A stretch of DNA of 64,000 nt, taken from assembly GCF_009914755.1 (NCBI RefSeq), contig NC_060934.1; one strand, 5' to 3'. The translations under genes and the position numbers were made by a program. The notes under the pieces are model-generated. The model made no database searches and was not told the origin of the DNA. It saw only the letters and a program-made list of their open reading frames with translations. Shown one piece after another: positions 29,554 through 43,324 of the stretch. The DNA comes from the human T2T-CHM13v2.0 reference genome, Homo sapiens. Positions within the stretch are counted from its first letter, which is position 1. Every line of letters begins with the position of its first letter.

Positions 29554-31365
29554 CTTTCCCGCTCCCAACATGGCGGCCTCAGCAAAAAAGACGAATAAGA
29601 AGAGGAAAACTATCTCCCTAACAGACTTTCTAGCTGAGGACTGGGGGACTGGTGGAGGAAGCACCTATGTTTCCAAACCAGTCAGCTGGGCTGATGCAAC
29701 AGATGACCTGGAAGGAGATGTTTCAACGATTTGACACAGTAATGATAACAATGTGTATAGGGCGCCTCCAATTGACCATTCCATCCTTCCCACTGCTCCA
29801 CCGGCTGCTCGGGAACCCAATATCAACTGGAGCTTTCTTCCCAAATCGCCACCCTACACTTCTTTTCTAGGGAACCTATCCTATGATGTGACAGAAGAGT
29901 CAATTAAGGAATTCTTTAGAGGATTAATTATCAGTGCAGTGCGTTTACCACGTGAACCCAGCAATCCAGAGAGGTTGAAAGGTTTTGGTTATGCTGAATT
30001 TGAGGACCTGGATTCCCTGCTCAGTGCCCTGAGTCTCAATTAAGAGTCTCTAGGTAACAGGAGAATTCGAGTGGACGTTGCTGATCAAGCACAGGATACA
30101 GACAGGGACGATCGTTCTTTTGGCCGTGATAGAAATCGGGATTCTGACAAAACAGATACAGACTGGAGGGCTCGTTCTGCCACAGACAGCTTTGATGACT
30201 ACCCGCCTAGAAGGGGTGATGATAGGTTTGGAGACAAGTATCGAGATCGTTATGATTCAGACCAGTCTGGCCGTGGGTATTGGTATGAGTATCGGGATGG
30301 CCCATGCCGGGATCCTGGATCGATATGGCTGGCGGTAGGGATCGCTATGATGACCGAGGCAGCAGAGACTATGCTAGAGGCTATCATTCCTGGATAGGCA
30401 GTGGCAGAAGGGCATTTGGCAGTGGGTACCCAGGGACAATGACTACAGAGGAGGCAGGGACCGCTATGAAGACCGATACAACAGATGGGATGATGGGTCG
30501 TGCAGCTCCAGAGATGATTTCTCTCGGGATGATTATAGGTATAATGATAGACGTCCCCCGTCCCCCTCAAAGACCCAAACTGAATCTAAAGCCTCATAAT
30601 ACTCCTAAGGGAGATGATTCTTCTGCTAGTACCTCCCAGTCCGGTCGAGCTTATTTTGTCTTTGGAGGGGCAAAGCCCGTTGATAGAGCTGCTAGAGAAA
30701 CAAAAGTAGAAGAATGGCTACAGAAGGAACAAGATAAGTTGCAGCATCAGCTGGATGAGGCAAAACTAGAATGACGGCCTCGGGAGAGACACCCAAGCTG
30801 GCGAAGTGAAGAAACCCAGGAACCGGAGAGGCACCCAAGCTGGCGAAGTGAAGAAACTCAGGAACTGGAACGGTGGAGGACAGGAAGTGAGTCATCGCAC
30901 ACTGGGACCTCCGCCACACCCGGCAAAAGTCAATCAGACCAGGATGCAGGAAGGAGAGAGACTGAAAAGTCTCTAGAAAATGAAACACTCAGTAAGGAGG
31001 AAGACTGTCACTCTCCAACTTCTAAATCTACCAAAACTGATCAGCCCCAAAAGGTAATGCCAGCCCCTCCACCAAAGGAGAATGCTTGGTGAAGTGAGGT
31101 TCTAACCCTCCTGCTCCATCTCAGAGCTCAGACACACAGCACGAATACCCTACAAGTGGTGGGGGAAAAGTAACTCCAGCTCAACCGTCTGAGAAAGGAC
31201 CAGCAAGGAAAGATGAAAATAAAGTAGGTGTGGTGAATGTCCCAAAAGACCACACTGGGAACTCTAGCCATGGTCCAGGAGACAGAGGGAACAAAGACCA
31301 CTGGAAGGAGTCAGATAGGAAAGATGGCAAAAAGGAGCATGACTCCAGATCTGCACCTGAGCCAA
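29554..31365 (+). pseudogene. EIF4BP2: Processed pseudogene of eukaryotic translation initiation factor 4B, 3'-truncated, antisense to NEBL
   Basis: 5'UTR remnant ctttcccgctcccaacATG (ATG at 29570) is followed by MAASAKKTNKKRKTISLTDFLAED..., the RRM (GNLSYDVTEESIKEFFRG...KGFGYAEFEDLDSL), the DRYG repeats and the C-terminal part up to ...SRSAPEP. No introns. Stops TGA 29732-29734, TAA 30041-30043 and TGA 30772-30774, plus frameshifts. The symbol is from recollection of the NEBL-region copy and should be verified. Confidence 0.95.
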
Positions 31366-34049
31366 TATGTGAAATACGGAATTTGTGACAATGATATTAG
31401 TCATGTCTCCATGCAGGGGTGGTATTCAAACCACTTAACACCTGTACATCATGGCACTCACCAATCAAAAATGGTATCTGAAAGATCAGAGCAGGCCTGG
31501 CTACAAATTACCATTAGGACACACCGGTGTGCACTGATGACCATCACCCTGCCTCCAACAGCTCCCATGTGGAGGAAAAAGCGTGATGCCCACGTGTGCC
31601 ATATGGAATGAGAACAGAGTAGTAGAAAGAATGAACAATTCTCTCTGTTTGACAATGGCTGTCTTCGTGGATGTCTGTCCCATCTGAGTTAGCTTCATTG
31701 AGGATGTCTGCATTTAAGCCCAGAAGTAGTGAGAAAAGGAAACAGCATGTCACTAGGGTGGAGGCAGAGAGATAGGAGGAGAGAGAGAGAAAGAGGATGA
31801 TGATGAACCCTATGGGGGTCACCCATCACCTGCTCACCATGAGAAAGCTGCCACCACAACTACCCCAGGAAGAGAAAGCCCAGAGCTGCAGAAGCCCAAG
31901 GAATCCCATGCTCAAACAAAGAGGTTTCCCCTAGCAGAGGGAACAACAGGAACAAACACAGCCAGAGGACCGCAGGACAAAAACCAGGCATAGCAATGAA
32001 GATTGGATGGACCAAGACCACGCCTATTCCTGCCGCGATGGGAGGCCCAGGGGAGCAGTGAGATGCAGCAACTTCAGGCAGAAACATGAACTGGTGAATT
32101 TACATCTAAGCGGCGCTGTGTTCTCCCCAAAACAAAAATGTTAACAGATTTGTTTAAGGAAGACCTCCTCCAATGCCTAGAAAATCTGAACTGAAGCCAG
32201 CTCCAAGCTGCCACAGCAAGAACAGAACAGAGTCAGCCACTTGCTTTTGCAGATGACTCTGCTGCCTGGGCAGTTTCTCCTTCTACCATTTTCTTTCTTT
32301 CCCACCGGGAGCCCAAGTTGTAGAAGACCTGAACCCCCAAAAGTCAAGTCCTGGGCCTCCTTCACTCACTTCTTCCAGGACAGAGTATACACATACTCAC
32401 TTTACTAGTCTTCATGTTTTATTCCCTATAAAAAAATTTTAAAACTCACATTCATTGCACATAAAAGATTCTGTCTGTTAGTTTCAGAACTGTAAAGCAA
32501 AACAGCCTATTATATGAGATAACAAGAAAAACAGAACATTTTTCCCTTGAATAAAAAACTCAAAACTCAAAACTCAAAAACTCAAATGAATAAAATGTCC
32601 TAGGAAATGGTATAAGAAGCTATTAATAATTTACAAAAATAATCCAAATTGGGTTATAATTTCAGATGTGTAAAATTGTACAAATGAAGAAATTCTCCCA
32701 TCAAATGTTTTAAGTCTCATGATAACATTAGTGCAACAATTCTACATATTTCCACAGATTTCCCATTTGAGCAGAGCCAGGAGAATCACCATTTAATAGG
32801 TAGAGACATTTTAAGATAATACCTTTTTTACATATTGGGGTCAATCTGGGCATTTTCCACTTAATGGAGCCACTTAAGTAAAAATTTGGTAGTGTACCAT
32901 TAGCACCATTCAACATCAGCCAAAGGCATAATTATAATGACTATAAGCCTGATATTCTTCTGGGATTTTGGGGTCTAAGATGCTTTTTGAGCCTATCTTC
33001 CTGTAGTGTTGATGCGATGTCTATTCATGAATTTCCTTCCACAGCCATCGTCTTGTTCTTAATTCTACCACTAACCTTCTTCCCTGTAGCAGCACCTCTA
33101 TAAACAACTCACATATAATGCCTCTGGTTGCAAACCATCAATTTTATAATTTTTTTAAAAGACGGTGAATTAGAGCACGTAAATGGGGAATGCCCTTCAG
33201 AAAGCAGACTTATGAGAGCTGCTGATAGATAACATAAAAGCAAAAAATGGATTATGATAATGTAGGCCTCTCACACGTGAAATACAAGCCCCAGCTGAAA
33301 GGAGTTACAGAATCCAAACCCCTGGCTCTCTAAAGGGCAGTCAATAACCTGTCTAACAATTTACCAAATTCTCTTTCTGGCTCGAAGGGTCAAACAGCTT
33401 GCCACCTATTGATCTACTTCCTCAGCAGGACTCAATTGTAACTTCTCTCATGTATTTATAAAAGAAGGCATTATCAAAGGGATTATACGGTAAACCTGAC
33501 CTACCCTACTATGAAATGCTTATCGGCTATTGAAACATGTCACCTAGATTTTGAATTATGGTGTAAAAGGTGAGAAATTAATACACACACACACACACCT
33601 ACATATTGTTTAAGAAAAATATGAGCTAGTGGAAGAGAGTCTATTCCCTGTGCTGTTGCTGATATTGATCACGGGAATACACAAACAAGGAAATGTGTGA
33701 CATCGAGCAGCCCTGTGATTTGTGCCCAGGAACACCAACCGGCACTGTTGATTACAGCCAAGAGAAACACATGCAGATTTGGGACTCGAGTATCTAAGAT
33801 ATGAGTATACTCTGAAAAATATCAAAACAAAGTTTATAAGAAAACAGAACATTAGAAGCACAAGAAGGATCACATTCGATTCCTTTGATAAAGATAATAA
33901 ATAAGTATCATACCTATAGCAAATGTGCAATATGAACAAAAATAATTATTTAAAGCCTAAAGATGGGGGAAAACCATAAAATAATTCTATTTTTAAGAAA
34001 AGACCATGTGTAGATGTACATAAATGTGTAAATGTTTAGTTCCCACTTA

Positions 34050-34370
<321 letters not shown>

Positions 34371-34454
34371 TCACTTGGCTCTTATGATATGGCTCTCGTT
34401 TGGCTCTCAATATAAAACTACATCTTCAAATAAATTATTTCTTTAAAAAACACC

Positions 34455-34762
34455 AGTCTGGGCACAGTGGCTCACGCTGGTACTCCCAGCATTTTGGGAG
34501 GCCGAGGCGGGTGGATTGCTTAAGTCAGAGACTTTGAGACCAACCTGGGCAAAATAGCGAAAACTCATCTCTACAAAAAAATACAAAAATTAGCTGAGAG
34601 TGATGGCACACACCTGTAGTCTCAGCTACTAGGGGGGCTGAGGTGGAAGGATTGCTTGAGCCTGGGAGGTTGAGGCTGCAGTAAGCTGTGATTGTACCAC
34701 TGCACTCCAACCTAGGCAACAGAGCAAGACCCTATCTCGAAAAAAAAAAAAAAAAAAAAAAA
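34455..34762 (+). mobile_element. AluJ
   Basis: Full length with A22 tail. Confidence 0.9.
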
Positions 34763-35370
34763 GACCCAAACAAAACTAGAAATACCATATTACATTCAGG
34801 TATATATTTTCCATTAAAATACTATGGTCTATAAATGTATGGCCCAAAATAATAAATAAGCTAAATAAATTGTGGAAAACTAATAATTAACAATAAAAAT
34901 AACAAGAACAACCACTACCACCGGCATACTGATCTATGCCTAGCTTATGGGCTACCTCCTGTGCTCAGAGCAGACATTACTAATCACACCACTCTCAGCA
35001 GAGTCCAGAAAAGATCCAACATTCTTCTCAGCACAGTAACGCAGGCACCTGTTGCCAGACATCCTAGAGCACAGGATAAGCCTCCTTGCAATACATAGAC
35101 TCTACTTATTTGACAATTTGCAGATCAGTTATTTCCTAACTTGTATGACTACAAAAGCAATTTCAACAGACTAATATCTATGTAATCATTGGCCTCCACT
35201 ATGGAGTTAAAGAACTGTCCTTGGGGAGAGGAGGAAACTGTCTAACGGAGGAAACTGTCTAACGCACTTCAATTTATTAAGTTCCAAATTTTATACATTA
35301 AATTCATTTAAATATGGTTTTTCAGGATCGATGCACTGAGGGAGGGAAAAATTATACCAAAATTAGCATC

Positions 35371-35515
35371 TTTTTTAAATTTTTATTTTAAGTTCCAGGG
35401 TACATGTGCAGGATGTGCAGGTTTGTTACACAGGTAAACATCTGCCATGGTGATTTGCTGCACCTGTCAACCCATCACCTAGGTGTTAAGCCCAGCATGC
35501 ACTAGCTATTTATTC

Positions 35516-35554
<39 letters not shown>

Positions 35555-35905
35555 TTTTTGAGACAGAGTCTCACTCCATTGCCCAGGCTGGAGTCTAGCT
35601 CTGTTGCCCAGGCTGGAGTGCAGTGGTGCAATCTCAACTCGCTGTAACCTCCACCTGCCAGGCCCAAGTGATTATCATGTCTCAGTCTCCTGAGTAGCTG
35701 GATTGCAGGCGCCTGCCACCACGCCTGGCTAATTTTTGTATTTTTAGCTGAGACAGAGTTTCACCATGTTGGCCAGGCTGTTTTCAAACTCCTGGCCTCA
35801 AGTGATCTGCCCGCTTCGGCCTCCCAAAGTGCTGGGATTACAGGCATAAGCCACCATGCCCAGCCCCCAAGCTATTTATTCTGATGCTCTCCTTCCCCCC
35901 GCCCC
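35371..35905 (-). mobile_element. Short L1PA 3' end (L1PA8-13-like) interrupted by AluS
   Basis: ttttaagttccagggtacatgtgcagg...; TSD ccaaaattag(c/t)at. Confidence 0.85.
35516..35865 (-). mobile_element. AluS with a small internal duplication
   Basis: (ttta)n tail, TSD agctatttattct, repeated gcccaggctggagt. Confidence 0.9.
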
Positions 35906-36447
35906 CCAAAATTAGTATATTTTACAACAGTATGTGTTAAAGAAAATGAACTAAGCATTGTGTACAACGTTGTCAACTACTGTGACCCCGACTATTCTCC
36001 TCACCTCTTCCAAGCAACTCAATAAGCAAATCACACTTTCTTCCTAGGTACTTCAAGGCAGAATCTAATCACAAAATATATCAGCTCTTCTTTAAATATA
36101 CTTATTCCTGGCCATCGATTATATAATTAAACTAAAACTCAATAGGTCATTATACTTCTGCTGTGTTCAGTGCCTTGAATCAGGAGAAAGATGTCCAGCT
36201 TTAAGCCTTTTCCATCACAGGATAATGGCATAGGAAGAAAAGAAGAACTTTGTGGAAGGTCTGAACTAGACACCATATTTTAAAATAAATATCCTTATTA
36301 CCTTCAAAATCATACACATTTTCTTCTCAAATGGCAAACCTCCCACCCAAAGCCCAGCTGAAATATTTTTAAATGTACATATATACATATATAACATGTA
36401 CATACATACAGAGACAGGAAGAAAGAGAGTTGTTTAAAAGAATAAAA

Positions 36448-37045
36448 GGGCTGGGCACGGTAGCTTAGGCCTGTAATCCCAGCACTTTGGGAGGCTGAGG
36501 TGAGCGGATCACTTGAGGTCAAAAGCTCGAGACAAGCCTGGCCAACATGGTGAAATCCCATTTCCACCAAAAATACAAAAATCAGCTGGGCATGGTGGCG
36601 CGCACCTGTAATCCCAGCTACTCAGGGAGCCGAGGCAGGAGAATCACTTGAACCCAGGGGGCAGAAGGTGCAGTGAGCCAAGATCACATCACTGCACTCC
36701 AGCCTGGGGGACACAGCTGGAGTCTCAAAAGAAAAAAGAAAGAAAAGGACAGGCACAGTGGCTCATGCCTAAAATCACAGCATTTTGGGAGGCCGAGGCA
36801 GGAGGATTGCTTGATCCCAGAGACCAACGTGGGCAACATAGCAAGACCTCCTTTCTACAAAAAATTCTCAAATTAGCCAGGCGTGCTGGTGTACACCTCT
36901 GGTCCCAGCTACTCGGGAGGCTTAGGTGGGAGGGTCATTTGATCCTGGGAGGTCGAGCCTGCAGTGAGCCATAATTGCACCTCTGCACTCCAGTCTGGGC
37001 AACACGGCAAGGATCTGTCTCAAATTTAAAACTTTAAAAAATAAA
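36448..37045 (+). mobile_element. Tandem AluS + AluJ
   Basis: Two head-to-tail Alus (36448-36746 and 36747-37045) bounded by aaagaataaaag repeats. Confidence 0.9.
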
Positions 37046-38770
37046 GAATAAAAGCATTGACAGTAGAAAGGAAAGAAGGAAGACCCCTTAGTTGATAGTC
37101 AATGAATAGGAGCAGATTGATAGAAAAACAAAACAGCCAATGATATCAGACAGATAGGGGCTCTGGAAATGTCACCAGGCCCACAATGGCCAGGCTATTC
37201 AAAAAGTGCATTCAGATCAGCTGGCTACTCAGGTCCTTTGCACCCTCCTTTTACTCCATATAAGCAAAGCACGTTCCTCCAGCAGAAGAGGCATCTACCC
37301 CAGGTACAGATTTAAGCTTGTCTCTACAGAAAGTGAACCATCCGCCTGAGCATGGACATACCCTGTCTTGAGGCCAGAGATGAGGAATATTAGGCCTGGA
37401 GGTGACTTGGGTATCTCCACATCAGACACCAGGTAGGGGGAGCAACACTACTCAAGCGTAGAATATTCTAAAGCTCTTGACCCCTGGAATACAGCCCTCC
37501 TTGCTTTTGTTTGTTTCGTTTTGTTTATTCCAGAAACTCCAGAGGTTCTCCACCCTAGCTGTTCCCACCTGTGCACTTTACAGAAGCTGGTCTGTTGACA
37601 CCCCTGGCCACGCACAGCACTTGTAGAAGCCCACAGTCAGCATTCCCAGTCAAGTCTAAAACCTACTCAGGAATCAGGACTTCCCCATTGCAACTGAAAC
37701 CCATTCTGGCCACCTGTGCTATTCAGCCTCCTCTTTGCTCCTAAAAATGAACAAGCAGCCAGCGACCATCCAGTCATTTAAGAAAACCCAACCAGCAAGA
37801 AAGAAAAGAACAAAGATGAAAATGAGGGTGGGGGTGGAGGGGGTGGGGAGAGGGAGAGAGCGAGCACAAGAGAATAAGGCTAGCCCTGGAAGGAGCAGAT
37901 AATTCATGCATGAGAACCCTGAAAACCATTCAAGAGGATATGACATTACATGATTTTGAATATCACAACAAAATCAAGTTAGATCAATAAAGTAAGAACA
38001 AATTGCAAAGAAAAAAAATGGGAATCAGAAATACCAAGGAGCCATTAAAAAATTTAAAAATAAAAATATATGTGTTGAAATTAGTGGTTCATGTGGGTCG
38101 GGTGACAGTCAGGGCAGGTTCACCACAAAGGGGCCACAAGAGAGAATTTTAGGGAGTGATGAAATGTTCCATACCTTGATTGTGGCAGTGGTTACTCAAC
38201 TATATGGGTTTGTCAAAACTCATAGAATCATATTCCAAAAATAAATTTTACTCTACATAAAATTTAAAAAGTGATTTTTTAAAAAATGTGTGATTGTTGA
38301 AATAAAATAGTCAACAGAGAGATAGAATAATGGAATGAACATTCAAGATAAATTGGAGGTCAAAAAACACTCCCCTAATGAAGAGTAGAAAGATAGACAA
38401 AATGAGAGAAAAGTTAAGGAAACTGTAGACAAATTCATTTAATACGAGGTTCAGAAACAAGAAAGGGAGTAAGAACCATTTGCATCTTCACCTCTGAAGA
38501 ACAAACTAAATGCCCAGCAGAACGAGCAAAAATGTCTTCATAAGACATACCCTAGGGAGATTTCAGAATCAAAAGTAGATTCTTCAGAAACCTTCTAGAG
38601 AGAGAGAGAGAAAAGTTTGCCTCTAAAGTTATGATATCACATCTTCTTATCAGCAAAACTATGCCTTTAAGGTTTTGAGGGCAAAATTACTACCTAACTA
38701 TGAGGGGAAAAGCATGACATTTTCAATCAAGTAGCAACTCAAGGTTATAACCCATGCACTCCCTCCATAT

Positions 38771-40102
<1,332 letters not shown>

Positions 40103-40588
40103 TAAAAATTGATATAGGACATTTTCTATGACGACAAGAAGATTCAAGAGAGAACTAAATTATGTAAAAGATTCAGTAACCACTGAACATAACTTAAAAT
40201 GGTGTTTTTAAAACTTTGATTGGAGCCCACAGTAAGAGATGCATCTCACCTCACAGCTCAGTACATGCCCAGATGCATATAAAATGCAAGCTTCGGAATA
40301 ATACCTAGACTAATTTTGTGTGATGCCCTTTAACTTTTTCTATTTTATTCTAATATATTCCTTTTTTCTTAATGTTTGTCTTGACCCATCAAATCAATGC
40401 CCTGACCCAGTAAATGGAGCCAATCCATAGTTTGAAAAATACAGACCTCACAGAAGCAAGCAGGAAAACAATTAACCATGAAGAATGGGAGGATGCAGTA
40501 GACCGTGACATGTGGGATGATCCTTTTGACTGGCAGAGGTTTAATAGCATAGGATTACACAGCCAGAGAATATTTTTGAAATACCAAC

Positions 40589-41239
40589 TGTTAGTCTGTT
40601 TGTGTTGATATAAGAATACCTGAGCCTGGGTAATCTCTAAAGAAAGAGGGTTTAACTGGGCGTGGTGGCCCACACCTGCAATCCCAGCACTTTGGGAGGC
40701 TGAGGCAGGTGGATCACGAGGTCAGGAGATTGAGACCATCCTGGCCAACATGATGAAACCCCGTCTCTACTAAAAATACAAAAATTAGCTGGGTATGGTG
40801 GCGGGTGCCTGTAATCCCAGCTACTTGGGAGGCTGAGGCAGGAGAATCGCTCGAACCCAGGAGGTGGAGGTTGCTCCAGCCTGGTGACAGAGTAAGACTC
40901 CATTCAAAAAAAAAGAAAGAAAGAGGGTTTATTTGGCTGACAGTTCTGCAAACTGCACAGGGTGCATGGCACCAGCATCTGTTTCTGGTGAGGCCTCAGT
41001 AAGCTTCCAGTCATGGCAGAAGGTGAAGGGGGAGCAGGTATGTTACCTGGTGAGCGAAGGAGAAATAGAGGAGAGAAGGAGATGCCAGACTCCTTTAAAC
41101 AGCCAGCTCTCATGTGAACTAACAGAGCGAGAACTCACTCATTACCATGGGGAGGACACAAAGCCATTCATGAGAGATTGGCCCCCATGACCCAAACACC
41201 TCCCACCAAACCCCACTACCAACCTTAGGAATCACATTT
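40589..41239 (-). mobile_element. MSTB LTR interrupted by AluS
   Basis: MST body; Alu at 40655-40913 with TSD aaagaaagagggttta and an internal ~30-bp deletion. Confidence 0.85.
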
Positions 41240-41253
41240 CTTTTTTTTTTCTT

Positions 41254-41620
41254 TATGGTTTGGATTTGTGTCCCCACCCAAATCTCATGTCAAATTGTAA
41301 TCCCCAATGTTGGAGAAGGGGCCTCATTAGAGCTGATTGGATCATGGGGGGATTTCTCCCTTGCTTTTCTTGTGAGAGTGAGTGAGTTCTCATGAGATCT
41401 GGTTGTTTAAAAGTGTGTAGCACCTTCCCCTTAGCCCTCTTCCTCTTCCTCCAGCTATGTAACATGTCCCTGCCTCCTCTTCACTTTCCACCTAAGTTTC
41501 CCGAAGCCTCCCCAGCCATGCTTCCTGTACAGCATGTGGAACCAAGAGCCAATTAAGCCCATTTTCTTTATTAATTACCCAGTCTCAGGTAGTTCCTTAT
41601 AGCAATGTAAAGAACTAACA
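41254..41620 (+). mobile_element. MSTA LTR
   Basis: atggtttggatttgtgtccccacccaaatctcatg...gcaatgtaaagaactaacaca. Confidence 0.88.
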
Positions 41621-41892
41621 CACTTTCCAACTTTTATTTTAGGTTCAAGGGCTCCATGTGCAGATTTGTTACATGGGTAGACTGTATGTCATGGGGGTTT
41701 GGTGTACAGATAATTTTGTTAACCAGGTAATCAGCATAATACCTGATAGTTTTTCAGTCCTCACTCTCCTCCCACGCTCCACCCTCAAGTAGGCCCTAAT
41801 GTCTATTGTTCCCTTCCTTGTGTCCATGTGTATTCAATGGTTAGCTCCCACTTATGAAGGAGAACATGCGGTATTTGGTTTTCTGTTCCAGC
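41621..41892 (-). mobile_element. L1PA (13-16-like) 3' fragment
   Basis: caacttttattttaggttcaaggg...gagaacatgcggtatttggttttctgttcc. Confidence 0.85.
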
Positions 41893-42208
41893 TTCATTCT
41901 AGAGCTACAGATGTCCCATCAAAAGCTTGCAAAGCCACTGCAGCTTCAATACTGCCACAGCACTGTCAAGATGGAGCAAAGACAACATCATCATCACCAC
42001 TAACAACCAAGGGAAGATGCAGACAACATGGAAAAAAGCCGAGAAGAAAAAGGAGAGTTTTGACCTGAGAGAGAAATTGCTTTTACTAAAAACAAGCAAT
42101 AACAGAAAGAAGGTTATACTAACCTTCAGCCCATTCTTAAATGCCTTTGAGATTTAAAATCACTAGAAGGATAGTTAGATATACAGCTATATGGCATTCC
42201 CTCTACTC

Positions 42209-42679
42209 TTTTTTTTATTATTATTGAAAGCAAGTTTATTAAGAAAATAAAAATAAAAAAATAGCTACTCCATAGGCAGAGCAGCGGCATGGGCTGCTCG
42301 ACTGAGTATACTTATAGTTATTTCTTGATTATATGCTAAACAAGAGGTGGAGTATTTATGAGTTTTCCAGGGAAGGCGTGGGCAATTTCCAGAACTGAGG
42401 GTTCCTCCCCACTTTAGACCATATATAGTAATTTCCCGATGTTGTCATACATTTGTAAACTGTCATGGTGCTGGTGGGAGTGTCTTTTAGCATTCTAATG
42501 CATTATAATTGGCATACAATGAGCAGCGAGGATGACCAGAGGTCACTTTGATTGCCATCTTGGTTTTGGTGGGTTTTGTCCGGCTTCTTTACCACGTCCT
42601 GTTTTATCAGCAGGGTCTTTGTGACTGTATCTTGTGCCGACCTCCTATCTCATCCTGTGACTAAGAATGCCCAACTTCC
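42209..42679 (-). mobile_element. LTR8-family (ERV1) fragment ending in an A-rich tail
   Basis: gaaagcaagtttattaag...gccatcttggttttggtggg...ctcctatctcatcctgtgact match LTR8. Confidence 0.82.
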
Positions 42680-42689
42680 AAAGCTCTAA

Positions 42690-42898
42690 TGCTAAAAATT
42701 ACTTACATTTACTGAGCACTTAGTACGGTGCTAGGTACTCCTCCAAGGACTCTGTATTTAACGTCTCATTTAATCCTCCCAACAACCTTATGAGGTACAT
42801 ACTCTCATTTTCCTCACTTTGGGACTGAGGAACGTACGTCTTGGAGAGTACACAGCTAGTGAGTGTTGGATCCAAAAATCTAACACAGGCTTGTCTAC
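42690..42898 (-). mobile_element. MIR
   Basis: catttactgagcactt...tctcatttaatcctcccaacaaccttatgaggta. Confidence 0.8.
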
Positions 42899-43324
42899 CA
42901 GCAGTGGGCTAGAGTTGGCTCACACTGGCTCATGGGAGCTGACTGTGCACTTTTTGAGAATTTTATGAGTAAGTTGCTAAATACAGCCATTATTAAAAAT
43001 TAAATTGTATCAACTTACAGTTAAATCAATGGTAATATAAGCAAAGGTAATAAATGTTCAAATCTCTTCACTTCCTAATTATGTTACTACGTGGTATTAT
43101 GGTCTCTGCTCTTAGTCACATCTCTTGTATCTGTAAGGGAAAATGCCATCAGGATGTGCCTTTGCACTGTTCTTTCCAACTTCAGATCATGTAATGCCAG
43201 CTTGATGGCTTGAAATTTACCATGGTGGGAGTATTTTTCACCACAGAAAATCGCAAACACTGCAAATCAGGCCTTTTTGTTCTCTGAGAGAGCTGGTTTT
43301 TAACCATTGACCAGCAAACCTCTG
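42899..43324 (+). mobile_element. MER63B-like (hAT-Blackjack)
   Basis: cagccattattaaaaattaaattg...catggtgggagtattt...ccagcaaacctctg. Confidence 0.8.

Noticed and set aside
29753-30774. EIF4B-like ORFs as a functional gene
   Set aside because: Multiple in-frame stops and frameshifts, no introns, and the C-terminus is missing.
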